A DNA stretch of 64,000 nt from an uncultured Chloroflexia bacterium (lineage in GTDB: Bacteria; Chloroflexota; Limnocylindria; Limnocylindrales; CSP1-4): contig CAWEYL010000004.1 of the NCBI GenBank assembly GCA_963813335.1, forward strand, positions 1-64,000, read 5' to 3'. A model generated the notes under the pieces. That model was not told the DNA's origin and did not search any database. It worked only from the letters and a program-made list of their open reading frames with translations. Both the position numbers and the translations under genes were made by a program. This document shows, piece by piece, positions 1 to 9,111 of this stretch. Numbering within the stretch: the stretch's first letter is position 1; the number at the start of each line of letters is the position of its first letter.

Positions 1-100
1 GTCTCGTCGCGGGCCGGATCCGCGCCGTCGGGCGGGGTTGCTCCCCCGCCGTACCGTCACGCTCAAATCGCAGCAACCATCGGCAGAAACGTCGGGAGTC

Positions 101-145
101 CTCTGGATCAGGAGATCGAAGGTTCGAATCCTTCCTCGTCAGCCA
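101..145 (+). mobile_element. 3' half of tRNA-Gln(CUG); probable att site duplication
   Basis: CTCTGGA anticodon loop, TCAGG, variable loop AGATC, T-arm GAAGG-TTCGAAT-CCTTC, acceptor 3' strand CTCGTCA-G-CCA. Upstream GAGTC cannot pair with TCAGG and no D-arm or 5' acceptor strand is present. Confidence 0.75.
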
Positions 146-322
146 GCATCCCGAGCGCGCCCGCGAGTCCGGCCCACATGGACGCCGCGGACTCCGGAGC
201 GCCTCCTCCCGACGTCGTCGGACCGTTCGGACGGGCCGATCCGGGCCGAATCGCTCTGGCGCCCCGCCCGAGCCCGACGGACTCTGAGCCCCGGACTTCG
301 CCGACGGCAGAGGGACGGCAGC

Positions 323-778
323 ATGGATCTGAAGACGCTGGTCGGAAGCGGCGACAAGATCGCGCGGATCGTCTTGCCCGCCTTCGTCGTCGGCCTGATC
401 CTGAGCCTCTTCTTCCCGGGGGTCTTCGATGTGGATACCTCGAATGAGACCCTTCGAGTCGTCTCCATCGTCGTGCTGATCCCGGGTGTGGCCATCTGGG
501 CCTGGTCCGTCGTGCTCATCCTGAGGCACGTGCCGCGAGGGGAGCTGATCACCAACGGGCCGTACGCGCTGGTGAAGCACCCCCTCTACACCGCGGTGGC
601 GCTGCTCGTCCTGCCGTGGATCGGCTTCCTCCTCGGCACCTGGCTGGGGGTCGTGATCGGGGCGGTGCTGTACATCGCCGCCAGGATCTACGCGCCGGAG
701 GAGGAGGCCGCGCTGGCGAAGGCATTCGGGGCAAGGTGGGAGGCATACATCGGCACGGTGAAGCTGCCGTGGCTCTGA
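323..778 (+). CDS. isoprenylcysteine carboxylmethyltransferase (ICMT/PEMT) family membrane protein
   Basis: LITNGPYALVKHPLY motif, C-terminal EE..L...FG..W..Y, several TM segments; ATG at 323 after GAGGGA. Confidence 0.8.
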   Translation: MDLKTLVGSGDKIARIVLPAFVVGLILSLFFPGVFDVDTSNETLRVVSIVVLIPGVAIWAWSVVLILRHVPRGELITNGPYALVKHPLYTAVALLVLPWIGFLLGTWLGVVIGAVLYIAARIYAPEEEAALAKAFGARWEAYIGTVKLPWL

Positions 779-827
779 GGCGGGCGTTCCCCGCTCGCTT
801 GACCTGACCGCGTCCTGCTCGCCGCGA

Positions 828-863
828 TGGCCGAACGGCCCACGCGAACGCGCCCTTCGGCAC
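828..863. promoter_or_regulatory. paired DosR-like boxes upstream of the oxidoreductase operon
   Basis: TGGCCGAACGGCCC (828-841) and GCGCCCTTCGGCAC (850-863); TACGTT at 887, 23 nt downstream. Confidence 0.6.
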
Positions 864-909
864 TCCCGGGCCACCGCCCTCGACCCTACGTTTCGATGGG
901 AGGCTACCG

Positions 910-1182
910 ATGGCGATCGCCGTCCAGGAGATCCGGCAGGAGACGCGCCGCTCGAGGGCCTTTGAGCCCCTGGACGTGGCCGCCCACCGCTGCAAGGGTT
1001 GCGGGCTCTGCGTCTCCGTCTGCCCCAAGGGCGTCCTCGAGCTGGACACGTCGCTCGTGAACGACCTCGGCTACCACCCCGTCCGGTTGACCGACGCGGC
1101 CGCCTGCACGAGCTGCGCGCTGTGTGCCCGGATCTGCCCCGACGCGGTGTTCGCCGTGTATGCGCGACCCAGGAGTGCCTGA
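910..1182 (+). CDS. 2x[4Fe-4S] ferredoxin, delta subunit of 2-oxoacid:ferredoxin oxidoreductase
   Basis: [12 protein letters not shown] and [12 protein letters not shown] motifs; GGAGG RBS. Confidence 0.9.
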   Translation: MAIAVQEIRQETRRSRAFEPLDVAAHRCKGCGLCVSVCPKGVLELDTSLVNDLGYHPVRLTDAAACTSCALCARICPDAVFAVYARPRSA

Positions 1183-1183
1183 C

Positions 1184-2410
1184 ATGCCCAGCATGGTCGC
1201 CGAGCAGGGCACCCGACCCATCGATGGCGTCGTGCGCCCGATCCTCATGAAGGGCAACGAGGCGATCGCCGAAGCGGCGATCCAGGCCGGCTGTGACGCG
1301 TACTTCGGCTACCCGATCACCCCCCAGGCCGAGCTCCTCGAGTGGATGGCGCGCCGGATGCCGGAGCTCGGGCGGGTCTTCGTCCAGGCCGAGAGCGAGC
1401 TCGGGGCGATCAACATGGCCCTCGGCGCGGCGGCCACCGGCGCCCGCGTCCTGGTCTCGTCCTCGAGCCCCGGCATCAGCCTGATGGCCGAGGGGATGAG
1501 CTACCTGGCCGGCTCCGAGCTGCCGATGGTCCTCGTCAACGTCATGCGCGGCGGACCGGGGCTGGGCAGCATCGGACCGTCGCAGTCCGACTACTTCCAG
1601 GCGACGAAGGGCCATGGCCACGGCGACTACCGCGTCCCGGTCCTCGCACCGTCGTCGATCGCCGAAGCCGTCGAGTTGACCGCGGACGCCTTCGAGATCG
1701 CGGAGCGCTACCGGACACCGGTGATCATCCTCGCCGACGGGGTCATGGGCCAGGCGATGGAGCCGGTCCTGCCCGTCTATCGGATGCCGGCCCGCGAACC
1801 CGCCGGCTGGGAGCTGTCCGGGGCGGACGGCCGCCCGCCGCGGGTCGTTCGCTCGCTCCATCTCCGAAGCGAGGATCTCGAGGTGCACAACCAGCACCTG
1901 CAGGCGAAGTTCGGCTTGATCGCCGATCACGAGGTCCGCTGGGCCGGCGAGCTCCTGTCGGACGCCGAGGTCGTCGTGGTCGCCTACGGGACGGCGGCGC
2001 GCGTCGCGCGAACGGCGATCGAGCGGGCACGCGAGCAGGGCCTGCGCGTCGGCCTGTTCCGGCCGATCAGCCTCTGGCCGTTCCCGTCGAGCGCGCTGGC
2101 CGACGTCGCCGCCGACGTGCGCGCCATCGTCGTCCTCGAGATGTCGGCCGGGCAGATGGTCGAGGACGTGCGCCTGGCCGTCGAAGGGCGAACCCCCGTC
2201 CTCTTCCACGGCCGGACGGGCGGCATGGTCCCGACGCCGCGGGAGGTCGTGGATGTCATGCGCCGGGCCTGGGCGCTGACCCCGTCGATCGGCTGGTCGT
2301 CCGTCCTGGACGAGGTCGCCGCCGACGAGGAGGCGGACCCGCTCAGCCTGATCGAGCTCGGCGCCTGGACGGCTGCCCGGCATGGCACGACCGATGGGAA
2401 GGCCCGGTGA
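1184..2410 (+). CDS. vorB: 2-oxoacid (2-ketoisovalerate-type):ferredoxin oxidoreductase alpha subunit, VorB-like
   Basis: [45 protein letters not shown] motifs. Confidence 0.88.
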   Translation: MPSMVAEQGTRPIDGVVRPILMKGNEAIAEAAIQAGCDAYFGYPITPQAELLEWMARRMPELGRVFVQAESELGAINMALGAAATGARVLVSSSSPGISLMAEGMSYLAGSELPMVLVNVMRGGPGLGSIGPSQSDYFQATKGHGHGDYRVPVLAPSSIAEAVELTADAFEIAERYRTPVIILADGVMGQAMEPVLPVYRMPAREPAGWELSGADGRPPRVVRSLHLRSEDLEVHNQHLQAKFGLIADHEVRWAGELLSDAEVVVVAYGTAARVARTAIERAREQGLRVGLFRPISLWPFPSSALADVAADVRAIVVLEMSAGQMVEDVRLAVEGRTPVLFHGRTGGMVPTPREVVDVMRRAWALTPSIGWSSVLDEVAADEEADPLSLIELGAWTAARHGTTDGKAR

Positions 2411-2414
2411 CCCC

Positions 2415-3203
2415 GTGGTGATCCAGACCGCCGACCCGAGACGCATCGTCTACCGACGACCCGACCTGCTGGCCGACACGTCCACCCACTACTGCCCTGG
2501 CTGCGGTCACGGCATCGTCCACCGCCTAGTCGCCGAGCTGCTCGACGAGATGCACCTCGGACCCACCACGATCGCGGTCGCCTCGGTCGGCTGCAGCGTC
2601 TTCGCCTACGACTACCTGGCGGTCGACTTCGTCGAGTCTCCGCATGGTCGCGCGCCCGCGGTCGCGACCGGCGTTCGCCGGGTCCGCCCGGACGCATTCG
2701 TGTTCACCTACCAGGGCGACGGCGACCTTGCCGCGATCGGGACGGCCGAGATCGTCCATGCGGCGGCTCGCGGGGAGCGGATCAGCGTGGTCTTCGTCAA
2801 CAACGGCATCTACGGGATGACGGGTGGACAGATGGCGCCGACGACGCTGCTCGGCCAGCGCACGACGTCGAGCCCGGGCGGGCGCGAGGCGTCGACAGCC
2901 GGCTACCCCATCCCGATCACCGAGATGCTCGCGCTGCTCCCCGGCGTGACCTACGCCGCGCGCGGCTCCATCGCCGACCCGTCGTCGATCGGCAAGACCA
3001 AGGCGATGATCCGACGCGCGTTCGAGGCCCAGCTGGGAGGCGGCGGCTTCTCGATCGTGGAGGTCCTGTCGACCTGCCCGGTCGGCTGGGGGATGACGCC
3101 GACCGAGTCGATGACGCACCTCGCCGATGATGTCGTGCAGACCTATCCGCTCGGCGTGCTCGCCGACCGGACGACGGCCCACGGCGGCCCCGTGAGGGAC
3201 TGA
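2415..3203 (+). CDS. 2-oxoacid:ferredoxin oxidoreductase beta subunit (TPP-binding)
   Basis: HYCPGCGH, VGC, HGRA, YQGDGDL, NNGIYGMTGGQMAPTT, STCP; start uncertain. Confidence 0.88.
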   Translation: MVIQTADPRRIVYRRPDLLADTSTHYCPGCGHGIVHRLVAELLDEMHLGPTTIAVASVGCSVFAYDYLAVDFVESPHGRAPAVATGVRRVRPDAFVFTYQGDGDLAAIGTAEIVHAAARGERISVVFVNNGIYGMTGGQMAPTTLLGQRTTSSPGGREASTAGYPIPITEMLALLPGVTYAARGSIADPSSIGKTKAMIRRAFEAQLGGGGFSIVEVLSTCPVGWGMTPTESMTHLADDVVQTYPLGVLADRTTAHGGPVRD

Positions 3204-3204
3204 G

Positions 3205-3789
3205 ATGCAGCACGCGACGGTCATCAGCGGGTTCGGTGGGCAGGGCCTGCTGTTCGCCTGGCGCGTCCTGGCCCAGGCCGCGCTCATCGAGGGTCGGACC
3301 GTGTCGTGGATGCCCTCCTACGGGCCCGAGATGCGCGGGGGAACGGCATCGTGCACGGTCATCATCGCGGACCATCCGATCGGCTCGCCGATCGTCGACA
3401 GCGCCGACAGCGTCATCGCCCTGAACCCGCCGTCGATGGCCAAGTTCGAGCCGCTCCTCGTCGCGGGCGGCCTGCTGATCGCGAACAGCACGCTGATCGA
3501 GGCGGAGCCCCGCCGGACGGATATCGAGGTCGCGGGCATCCCGTGCACCCGCCTGGCGCGCGCGGGCGGAGACGACCGACTGGTCAGCATCGTGGCCCTC
3601 GGCGGGCTCCTCGCTCGCCGGCCGATCGTCGGCCGCGAGTCGCTCCGGCTCGCCCTCGTCGAGGTGCTCGGAACGAAGCGGCCGGAGATGATCGACGCCA
3701 ACCTCGCGGCGCTCCACGGCGGCTACCAGGCAGCGATCGACGCGGCCGTCGCCGACCGGGCCGCGGGACCGGCACGCTCGGGACGCTGA
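3205..3789 (+). CDS. 2-oxoacid:ferredoxin oxidoreductase gamma subunit
   Basis: SGFGGQG and PSYGPEMRGGTA motifs. Confidence 0.9.
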   Translation: MQHATVISGFGGQGLLFAWRVLAQAALIEGRTVSWMPSYGPEMRGGTASCTVIIADHPIGSPIVDSADSVIALNPPSMAKFEPLLVAGGLLIANSTLIEAEPRRTDIEVAGIPCTRLARAGGDDRLVSIVALGGLLARRPIVGRESLRLALVEVLGTKRPEMIDANLAALHGGYQAAIDAAVADRAAGPARSGR

Positions 3790-3817
3790 CTGGCGCACCG
3801 AGCCCTGGACGCAGGGC

Positions 3818-3852
3818 GGCGGAGATCCCGCCCCGAAAACGGGACCTCCGCC
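3818..3852. terminator. hairpin between convergent genes
   Basis: GGCGGAG-A-TCCCG / CGGGA-C-CTCCGCC stem. Confidence 0.55.
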
Positions 3853-3886
3853 TGGTGGTCTTCAGGTGGCTCGACTCGTCGATGGG

Positions 3887-4333
3887 TCAGGTGACCTGGA
3901 CCTTGACGCGCGTCGGCTTGACGTCCTCGGTCTTCGGCAGGGTGAGCCTCAGCAGACCGTCCTTGAATTCCGCCGTGGCTGCCTCGGCCTTGATGGCGGT
4001 CGGCAGCGTGAAGCTCCGGGTGAACTTGCCCTGGCTGAGCTCCTTGTGGACGAAGTCAGCCTCGCTGACCTCCTTCTCCTCCTTGAACGTGCCGCTGATC
4101 GTGACGATGTCGTCGGCGATGGTGACGTCGACCGCCTCCGGCTTGATCCCGGGCAGCGCGACCCTCGCGATCACCGCCTCAGGCGTGCTGTAGAGATCGA
4201 GCGCAGGAACAGCCTGCCGCTCCGCACTGCCGATCCACATCGGCCTGAAGAAGCGCTCGTCGAAGAGCCGATCCATCACGTCCTGGAACGAGACGAGGTC
4301 CGAGAGTGGTGCCGAGCGCCGCATGAGCGTCAT
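3887..4333 (-). CDS. Hsp20/alpha-crystallin small heat shock protein
   Basis: ALPGIKPEAVDV, FTRSFTLP, AEFKDGLLRLTLPK, terminal V-x-V; AAGGAGG RBS. Confidence 0.93.
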   Translation of the reverse strand: MTLMRRSAPLSDLVSFQDVMDRLFDERFFRPMWIGSAERQAVPALDLYSTPEAVIARVALPGIKPEAVDVTIADDIVTISGTFKEEKEVSEADFVHKELSQGKFTRSFTLPTAIKAEAATAEFKDGLLRLTLPKTEDVKPTRVKVQVT

Positions 4334-4498
4334 CTGGACACCTCCTTGCTTGCGGGCGGATCGGCCAGCCTCACTGGACGCGGCATCAGGTGGACCCGTC
4401 CAACCCGACAGTGTCGGCCCGATGCCCGGTCCCCGCGAGAGCCAGTCGACCCGAAAGCGCCGAGTCGATCGGATCGAACACCACTCCCCTGTCCGGTG

Positions 4499-4534
4499 GG
4501 GCCGGACGGCCCGCCGATGGGTGACCTTCGCCCC
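4499..4534. promoter_or_regulatory. paired DosR-like boxes
   Basis: GGGCCGGACGGCCC (4499-4512) and GTGACCTTCGCCCC (4521-4534); CAGACT at 4558. Confidence 0.65.
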
Positions 4535-4599
4535 TCGTTCGGCCCCTGGCCGGCGTCCAGACTCCCCCGATCAACCACCGCTCCACCCGGAGGTGCGAG

Positions 4600-5001
4600 A
4601 TGACTCGGGTCCTCGTCGTCCATCACGACCTTGACCTGGCCGGCCAGGAAGTCGATTCGCTGCGCCGCTACGGCTATGACGTCGTGGAGTGCGGCGGGCC
4701 GACCCGCAATCGCTGCCCGGTCCTCGCCGGACACCCGTGCGACCTCGCGGAGCGGGCGGACGTGCTCGTCTACGACGTCTGGGCGAGCGGCGACGCCGAC
4801 GGGGCCAAGACCCTGATCGAGAACATCCGCGACGTCCATCCGGACACGCCGGTGGTCCTGACAGCACCGGGCGTCGCGCTGAGCTGGGAGGAGACGACGG
4901 GCAGCCATGCCGTGACCGTCCTCCTGGGCCAGCCGACTGGTGCCCGGCTCGACGAGGCGATCAAGGCCGCGCTCGCGCCCAAGGCCGAGTCGGACGCGTG
5001 A
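4600..5001 (+). CDS. stand-alone receiver-like domain protein with a Cys-rich insertion
   Basis: CheY-like pattern (RVLVV.., GYDV, DVLVYD, PDTPVVL) with C-G-G-P-x4-C-P-x6-C insert; GGAGG RBS. Confidence 0.65.
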   Translation: MTRVLVVHHDLDLAGQEVDSLRRYGYDVVECGGPTRNRCPVLAGHPCDLAERADVLVYDVWASGDADGAKTLIENIRDVHPDTPVVLTAPGVALSWEETTGSHAVTVLLGQPTGARLDEAIKAALAPKAESDA

Positions 5002-5028
5002 CCTGAGCGGACGACGGCGTCGATCGCG

Positions 5029-5850
5029 CTAGCCCGCCCTCGGTTCGGCCGGCCAGTACTGCTCGCTGACGATCGCGTCACGGGCGAAACCACGTCGGGC
5101 GAGGATCAGTTCGGTCGCGGCGATGACCCCGGGATTCCCGCAGAGATAGGCGACGCTCTCGGCGGGAGCCAGCCCATGGAGATCGCACAGCTCGTCGAGG
5201 CGGGCGTCGATCCGGCCGGTGAGCCCGGTCCAGCCGGCGTTGTCGGGATGGGTCGGGCGGGAGATCAGCGGCGAGTAGCGGATCCGGGCGGGGCCGCCGG
5301 CCATCCTCTCGAGGCGGTCGCGGTAGGCCAGCTCGCCGACGCGCGCGACGCCGTGGACGACGACCGCGCGCGGTGCGCCGGCGTCGGTGCAGGGAGCAGC
5401 GAGGTCGTCGCCCACCAACGTCTCGAGCATCGAGACCAGCGGCGCGATCCCCGTTCCGGTAGCGACGAACAGGTGGGCCCGCGGGTCGCCAGGCCGCAGC
5501 TTGAAGAGGCCCTTCGCCCGGCCGATGCGCAGCCGGGCCCCGACCGGAAGCGCCCACAGCCGAGGCGTGAACGTGCCGCCTTCCACGAGGCGGACCAGGA
5601 ACTCGAGGTCGCGACCCGACCCTGCCGCGGATGCCGTCGAGTAGGGCCGCTGGAGCAGGCTGCCATCGAGCATCAGGCCGAGCGCGAAGTACTGGCCGGG
5701 CTCGAACGGGACGACGCCGACGTCCGGCCGGACCGTGAACCGGCCGACGGTCTCCGTCAGGTCGATCCGCGCGATGAGCGTCGCGTTCGGCTCCCCAGCC
5801 GGCCCCGGACGAGCGACCGACGCGGGTCGTCCCGGTTGGCCCGTCCACAC
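5029..5850 (-). CDS. ferredoxin-NADP+ reductase family FAD-binding oxidoreductase
   Basis: FEPGQY, RPYS, GTFT, ATGTGIAP, YLCGNP, C-terminal EQYW; start uncertain. Confidence 0.88.
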   Translation of the reverse strand: MWTGQPGRPASVARPGPAGEPNATLIARIDLTETVGRFTVRPDVGVVPFEPGQYFALGLMLDGSLLQRPYSTASAAGSGRDLEFLVRLVEGGTFTPRLWALPVGARLRIGRAKGLFKLRPGDPRAHLFVATGTGIAPLVSMLETLVGDDLAAPCTDAGAPRAVVVHGVARVGELAYRDRLERMAGGPARIRYSPLISRPTHPDNAGWTGLTGRIDARLDELCDLHGLAPAESVAYLCGNPGVIAATELILARRGFARDAIVSEQYWPAEPRAG

Positions 5851-5851
5851 G

Positions 5852-6142
5852 TCAGGCGGCGGCAGCGACATGCTCCACCGCTTCGCGCGCGGCTGCCGGG
5901 TCGCGATACCAGGTCGCGTCGATCCGGGCGAACTGGGCCCAGGGTGGCGGGAGCTGGTCGGCACGGAAGATCGCCTGGTTCGGGCACGCGCTCTCGCACG
6001 AGCCGCAGTCGATGCAGCCGTCCGGGTCGATGTAGAACTTGCGGTCGACCGACGGGTCGGCCGTGATGCAGTCGACCGGGCAGACGGCCACGCACGACTG
6101 GTCGCTGTTGTCGATGCATGGCTCCGCGATGACGTAGGCCAT
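5852..6142 (-). CDS. 7Fe/8Fe-type ferredoxin (FdxA-like)
   Basis: MAYVIAEPCID..CVAVCPVDCI..CIDCGSCESACP; AGGAGG RBS. Confidence 0.92.
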   Translation of the reverse strand: MAYVIAEPCIDNSDQSCVAVCPVDCITADPSVDRKFYIDPDGCIDCGSCESACPNQAIFRADQLPPPWAQFARIDATWYRDPAAAREAVEHVAAAA

Positions 6143-6228
6143 GGTGAGTCCTCCTGGATCGGATCGAGATCGATGGCCGCGCGGCAAGCATCCCTGCTGC
6201 CGCGACCGCTCCGACACTGGCGCCGACC

Positions 6229-6256
6229 GATGTGAGGGTCCTGTGCGTCAGATGTG
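6229..6256 (-). promoter_or_regulatory. three direct repeats with 11-bp period (OmpR-family site)
   Basis: minus-strand CACATC, CACAGG, CACATC at 6251, 6240 and 6229. Confidence 0.55.
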
Positions 6257-6296
6257 GGTTCGCTCATCTCGGTCGACCCGGGCGAGCCGCCGGACG

Positions 6297-7613
6297 TCAG
6301 CTCGCGGCTGGCGTGTCGCTCGACCTCGGCAGGGACACCACGAATCGGGCGCCGCCTCCGGGTGCGTCGTCCACCGCGATGGACCCATCGTGAGCAGCGA
6401 CGATCCGCTGGGCGATCGCGAGGCCCAGACCCGTCCCGCCCGCGCGGTCGCGCCGGACGCCGGGCAGGCGGGTGAACGGCTCGAAGACACGGTCGCGCTC
6501 GGCGGGCGGGATCCCCGGCCCCTCATCGCTGACGGTGAGCTCGACCCGGCGATCCGACGGTCTGACCGCCACGCGGACCGTCGTCCCCGGCGGCGCATGG
6601 TCGAGCGCGTTGTCGATGAGGATGAGCACGAGCTGGGTCAGCCGATCGCGATCACCCGCCACGGATGCCGGCGTCCCGGGTTCGTCGCGGGACTCGGATC
6701 GCAGCTCGACCTGTCGCATCGCGGCCAGGGCCCCCGCCTGCCGGACGGCGTCCAGCGCGACCGCCCCGAGGTCGGTCGGGCGTCGAACGATGACGAGGCC
6801 CCCCGCGTCCGATGACGCGATCTGCAGGAGGTCGCCGACCAGGCGAGAGAGCCGATCGGTCTCGGTCACGATGTCGGCGACCAGCACGTGCCCGCCGTCG
6901 CGGACGAGTCCTTCCCGTTCGAGGACCTCGGCATTGGCGCGGATGATGGCCGGCGGCGTCTTGAGCTCGTGCGATGCGTCCGCGACGAACCGTCGCTGGG
7001 CGGCCATCGACCGCCGGATCGGGACAAGCGCATCACCGGTGACCAGCATCGTGACGACCGCCGCACCGAACAGGCCGACGACGCCGACCAGGGCGATCGC
7101 CGCGACCAGGCTGTTCGACTGCTGGTCGTGGAGCGTCATCACGAAGCCACCCTGGACGTAGCCGACCGGGGGCTTGCCCGGCGCCGGCACCACGGGCTCG
7201 GTCAGCAGCCTGACCTCGACGCCGCCGACGTCGACCGTCCGAATGTCCCGGCCGTTCGCGCTCGCCGCCGCGACGGCAGCGGGATCGGGCAGGCCGGGGA
7301 GGTTGACCCGCGACAGGTTGGAGATCTCGCGGCCGGTCGCGTCGAGGTACAGGAGCAGCGTGTCGGCAGAGGCGGGCGAGGCGTCGTCCGATTCGCCTGA
7401 CCCCTCGCCGCTGGGAAGCTCGCCGTCGAGCCGCGTGACCGCCGCATCGACGGTCGAGGCGAGCGCCCGGTCGACATCCACGTCGAGCGCGCGAAGTCCG
7501 ACGAAGGCCGTGGCGGCGCCGATCACCACGATCAGCGTGGCGACGAGCGCGAGGGTGGTGACGAACAGGCGGCGCCGGGTCGCCCCGAGCAGCCGCGCGG
7601 TCGGGTCGGTCAT
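6297..7613 (-). CDS. membrane sensor histidine kinase (HisKA)
   Basis: two TM segments, ADASHELKTP H-box, DNA, DEGPGI, GTGLGL. Confidence 0.92.
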   Translation of the reverse strand: MTDPTARLLGATRRRLFVTTLALVATLIVVIGAATAFVGLRALDVDVDRALASTVDAAVTRLDGELPSGEGSGESDDASPASADTLLLYLDATGREISNLSRVNLPGLPDPAAVAAASANGRDIRTVDVGGVEVRLLTEPVVPAPGKPPVGYVQGGFVMTLHDQQSNSLVAAIALVGVVGLFGAAVVTMLVTGDALVPIRRSMAAQRRFVADASHELKTPPAIIRANAEVLEREGLVRDGGHVLVADIVTETDRLSRLVGDLLQIASSDAGGLVIVRRPTDLGAVALDAVRQAGALAAMRQVELRSESRDEPGTPASVAGDRDRLTQLVLILIDNALDHAPPGTTVRVAVRPSDRRVELTVSDEGPGIPPAERDRVFEPFTRLPGVRRDRAGGTGLGLAIAQRIVAAHDGSIAVDDAPGGGARFVVSLPRSSDTPAAS

Positions 7614-8296
7614 CGCGGCGACACGGGCTCGGCGCGGAGCGTGTAGCCCACGCCGCGCACCGTCCGAAGCCAGTCCGCCCGCCCCAGCTCGCCGAGCTTG
7701 CGCCGAAGGTAGTGGACATACAGGTCGACGACGTTCGAGTAGACGTCCGGCTCCGCGCCCCACACGGCATCGAGGATCTGCTGTCGCGTGAGGACCTGGC
7801 CCGCGTGGCGGATGAAGTAGCCCAGCAGCGCGAATTCCCGTGCCGACAGGTCGACCGTCCGGTCACCGACCTGGGCGACATGACGCAGCTCGTCGAGGCT
7901 CAGGTCACCGGCCTGGAGCGGTCGCTCGGGCGCACCCGCCGGTCGCCGGGCCAGGGCGTTGATCCTCGCGATGAGCTCAGCGAAGGCGAACGGCTTCGGC
8001 AGGTAGTCGTCGGCGCCAGCCTCGAGGCCACCGACCCGGTCCTCGATCGATCCCAGCGCTGTCAGCATCAGGACGGGCGTGGTCATGCCTGTCGCGCGCA
8101 GGAGGCCGAGCAGCGTCAGCCCGTCGATGTCCGGCAGCATCCGGTCGAGGACGACCACGTCGTACGGCCCGCGCTGGGCAAGCGCGACCGCGGTCACGCC
8201 GTCCGGGGCGACGTCGACGACGTGGCGCTCGGCCGTCAGGACCCGATGGATCAGGGCTGCCATCTTCGGCTCGTCTTCTACGAGCAGGATCCGCAT
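7610..8296 (-). CDS. OmpR/PhoB family response regulator
   Basis: MRILLVEDE, LDRMLP, GADDYLPKPF, winged helix ending TVRGVGY. Confidence 0.93.
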   Translation of the reverse strand: MRILLVEDEPKMAALIHRVLTAERHVVDVAPDGVTAVALAQRGPYDVVVLDRMLPDIDGLTLLGLLRATGMTTPVLMLTALGSIEDRVGGLEAGADDYLPKPFAFAELIARINALARRPAGAPERPLQAGDLSLDELRHVAQVGDRTVDLSAREFALLGYFIRHAGQVLTRQQILDAVWGAEPDVYSNVVDLYVHYLRRKLGELGRADWLRTVRGVGYTLRAEPVSPR

Positions 8297-8359
8297 ACCC
8301 GGCATCCTGCGCCGCGGATGCGGTGGAGTCGAGGTCTTGCAGCCCTGTCTTTGAAGCTT

Positions 8360-8387
8360 CTCATCCGGGCCACATGGCCCACTCATC
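8360..8387 (+). promoter_or_regulatory. three direct repeats with 11-bp period (OmpR-family site)
   Basis: CTCATC (8360), CACATG (8371), CTCATC (8382). Confidence 0.55.
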
Positions 8388-8439
8388 GCGCTGGCCGAGC
8401 CTGCCCTCATCACCCCCACCCGCGCCGAGGTCCAGCCAC

Positions 8440-8718
8440 ATGGTCAGCAAGATCGCCCTGTTCGTCGCCTCACTCGCCGCATCACTCGCCCTCGCGGGCG
8501 CTCTCGCCCTGGCGGGTTTCGCGCCCGGGGCCGCCCCCGCCATCGCCACCGCCGCCGATCCGACCGTCGCCCCGGCGACGCCCGACGTCGCGGCGCAGCC
8601 ACAGGTCCAGGTCGACACCGTCTACGTCGCGGCACCGCCGAAGCAGAAGACGATCACGGTCCACAAGGTCGCCAAGGCCGCCCGCGGGGAGTCGGACGGC
8701 GAAGCGGGCGACGACTGA
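8440..8718 (+). CDS. small secreted or membrane-anchored Ala/Pro-rich hypothetical protein
   Basis: N-terminal hydrophobic segment; GAGG RBS; TGATG coupling to the next gene. Confidence 0.7.
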   Translation: MVSKIALFVASLAASLALAGALALAGFAPGAAPAIATAADPTVAPATPDVAAQPQVQVDTVYVAAPPKQKTITVHKVAKAARGESDGEAGDD

Positions 8719-9111
8719 TGCCCGGTATCCGGGACGGGCTCCCGCCACGAGGCGTGCCGCCCATCGCCGCGGATCGTGCCGCGACCGCCGGGAGGCCCCC
8801 GGTCCCGACGCCGAAGGCTCGGCCCGACGCCCGTCCCCTCCGGATCGCCTTCGGGATGGGTGCGGTGGCCACGGCGAGCGCCCTGATCACCGCCTTCGCG
8901 GCGCCGGGCGCCGGTTCGGCGACCACCACCGTGCAGACGATCGGTGACCCAACCGGTGGATCCGGCGCCATCGGTCAAGCACATCATCCAGTACGTCCAG
9001 CTCAAGCCCGGGCAGACGGCTCCACCGAAGGCCGTGGTCAAGCAGGCGCCTGCACCGCCCCCGAAGGTCGTCGTCGTCACGACCACCCGACAGTCGGGCG
9101 GGAAGCGGTGA
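8718..9111 (+). pseudogene. small membrane-anchored Pro-rich protein with a +1 frameshift near 8943
   Basis: TM segment, then removing one G gives ..IVTQPVDPAPSVKHIIQYVQLKPGQTAPPKAVV..VVVVTTTRQSGGKR*, ending in a GTGA overlap with apbE. Confidence 0.6.

Noticed and set aside
60-145. Complete tRNA-Gln gene
   Set aside because: The D-arm, 5' acceptor strand and 5' anticodon stem are missing; kept only as a fragment.
2407-2415. Possible missing C that would put the GTGA-overlap start in frame with the beta subunit
   Set aside because: An in-frame GTG at 2415 gives an intact protein, so the indel cannot be supported without reads.
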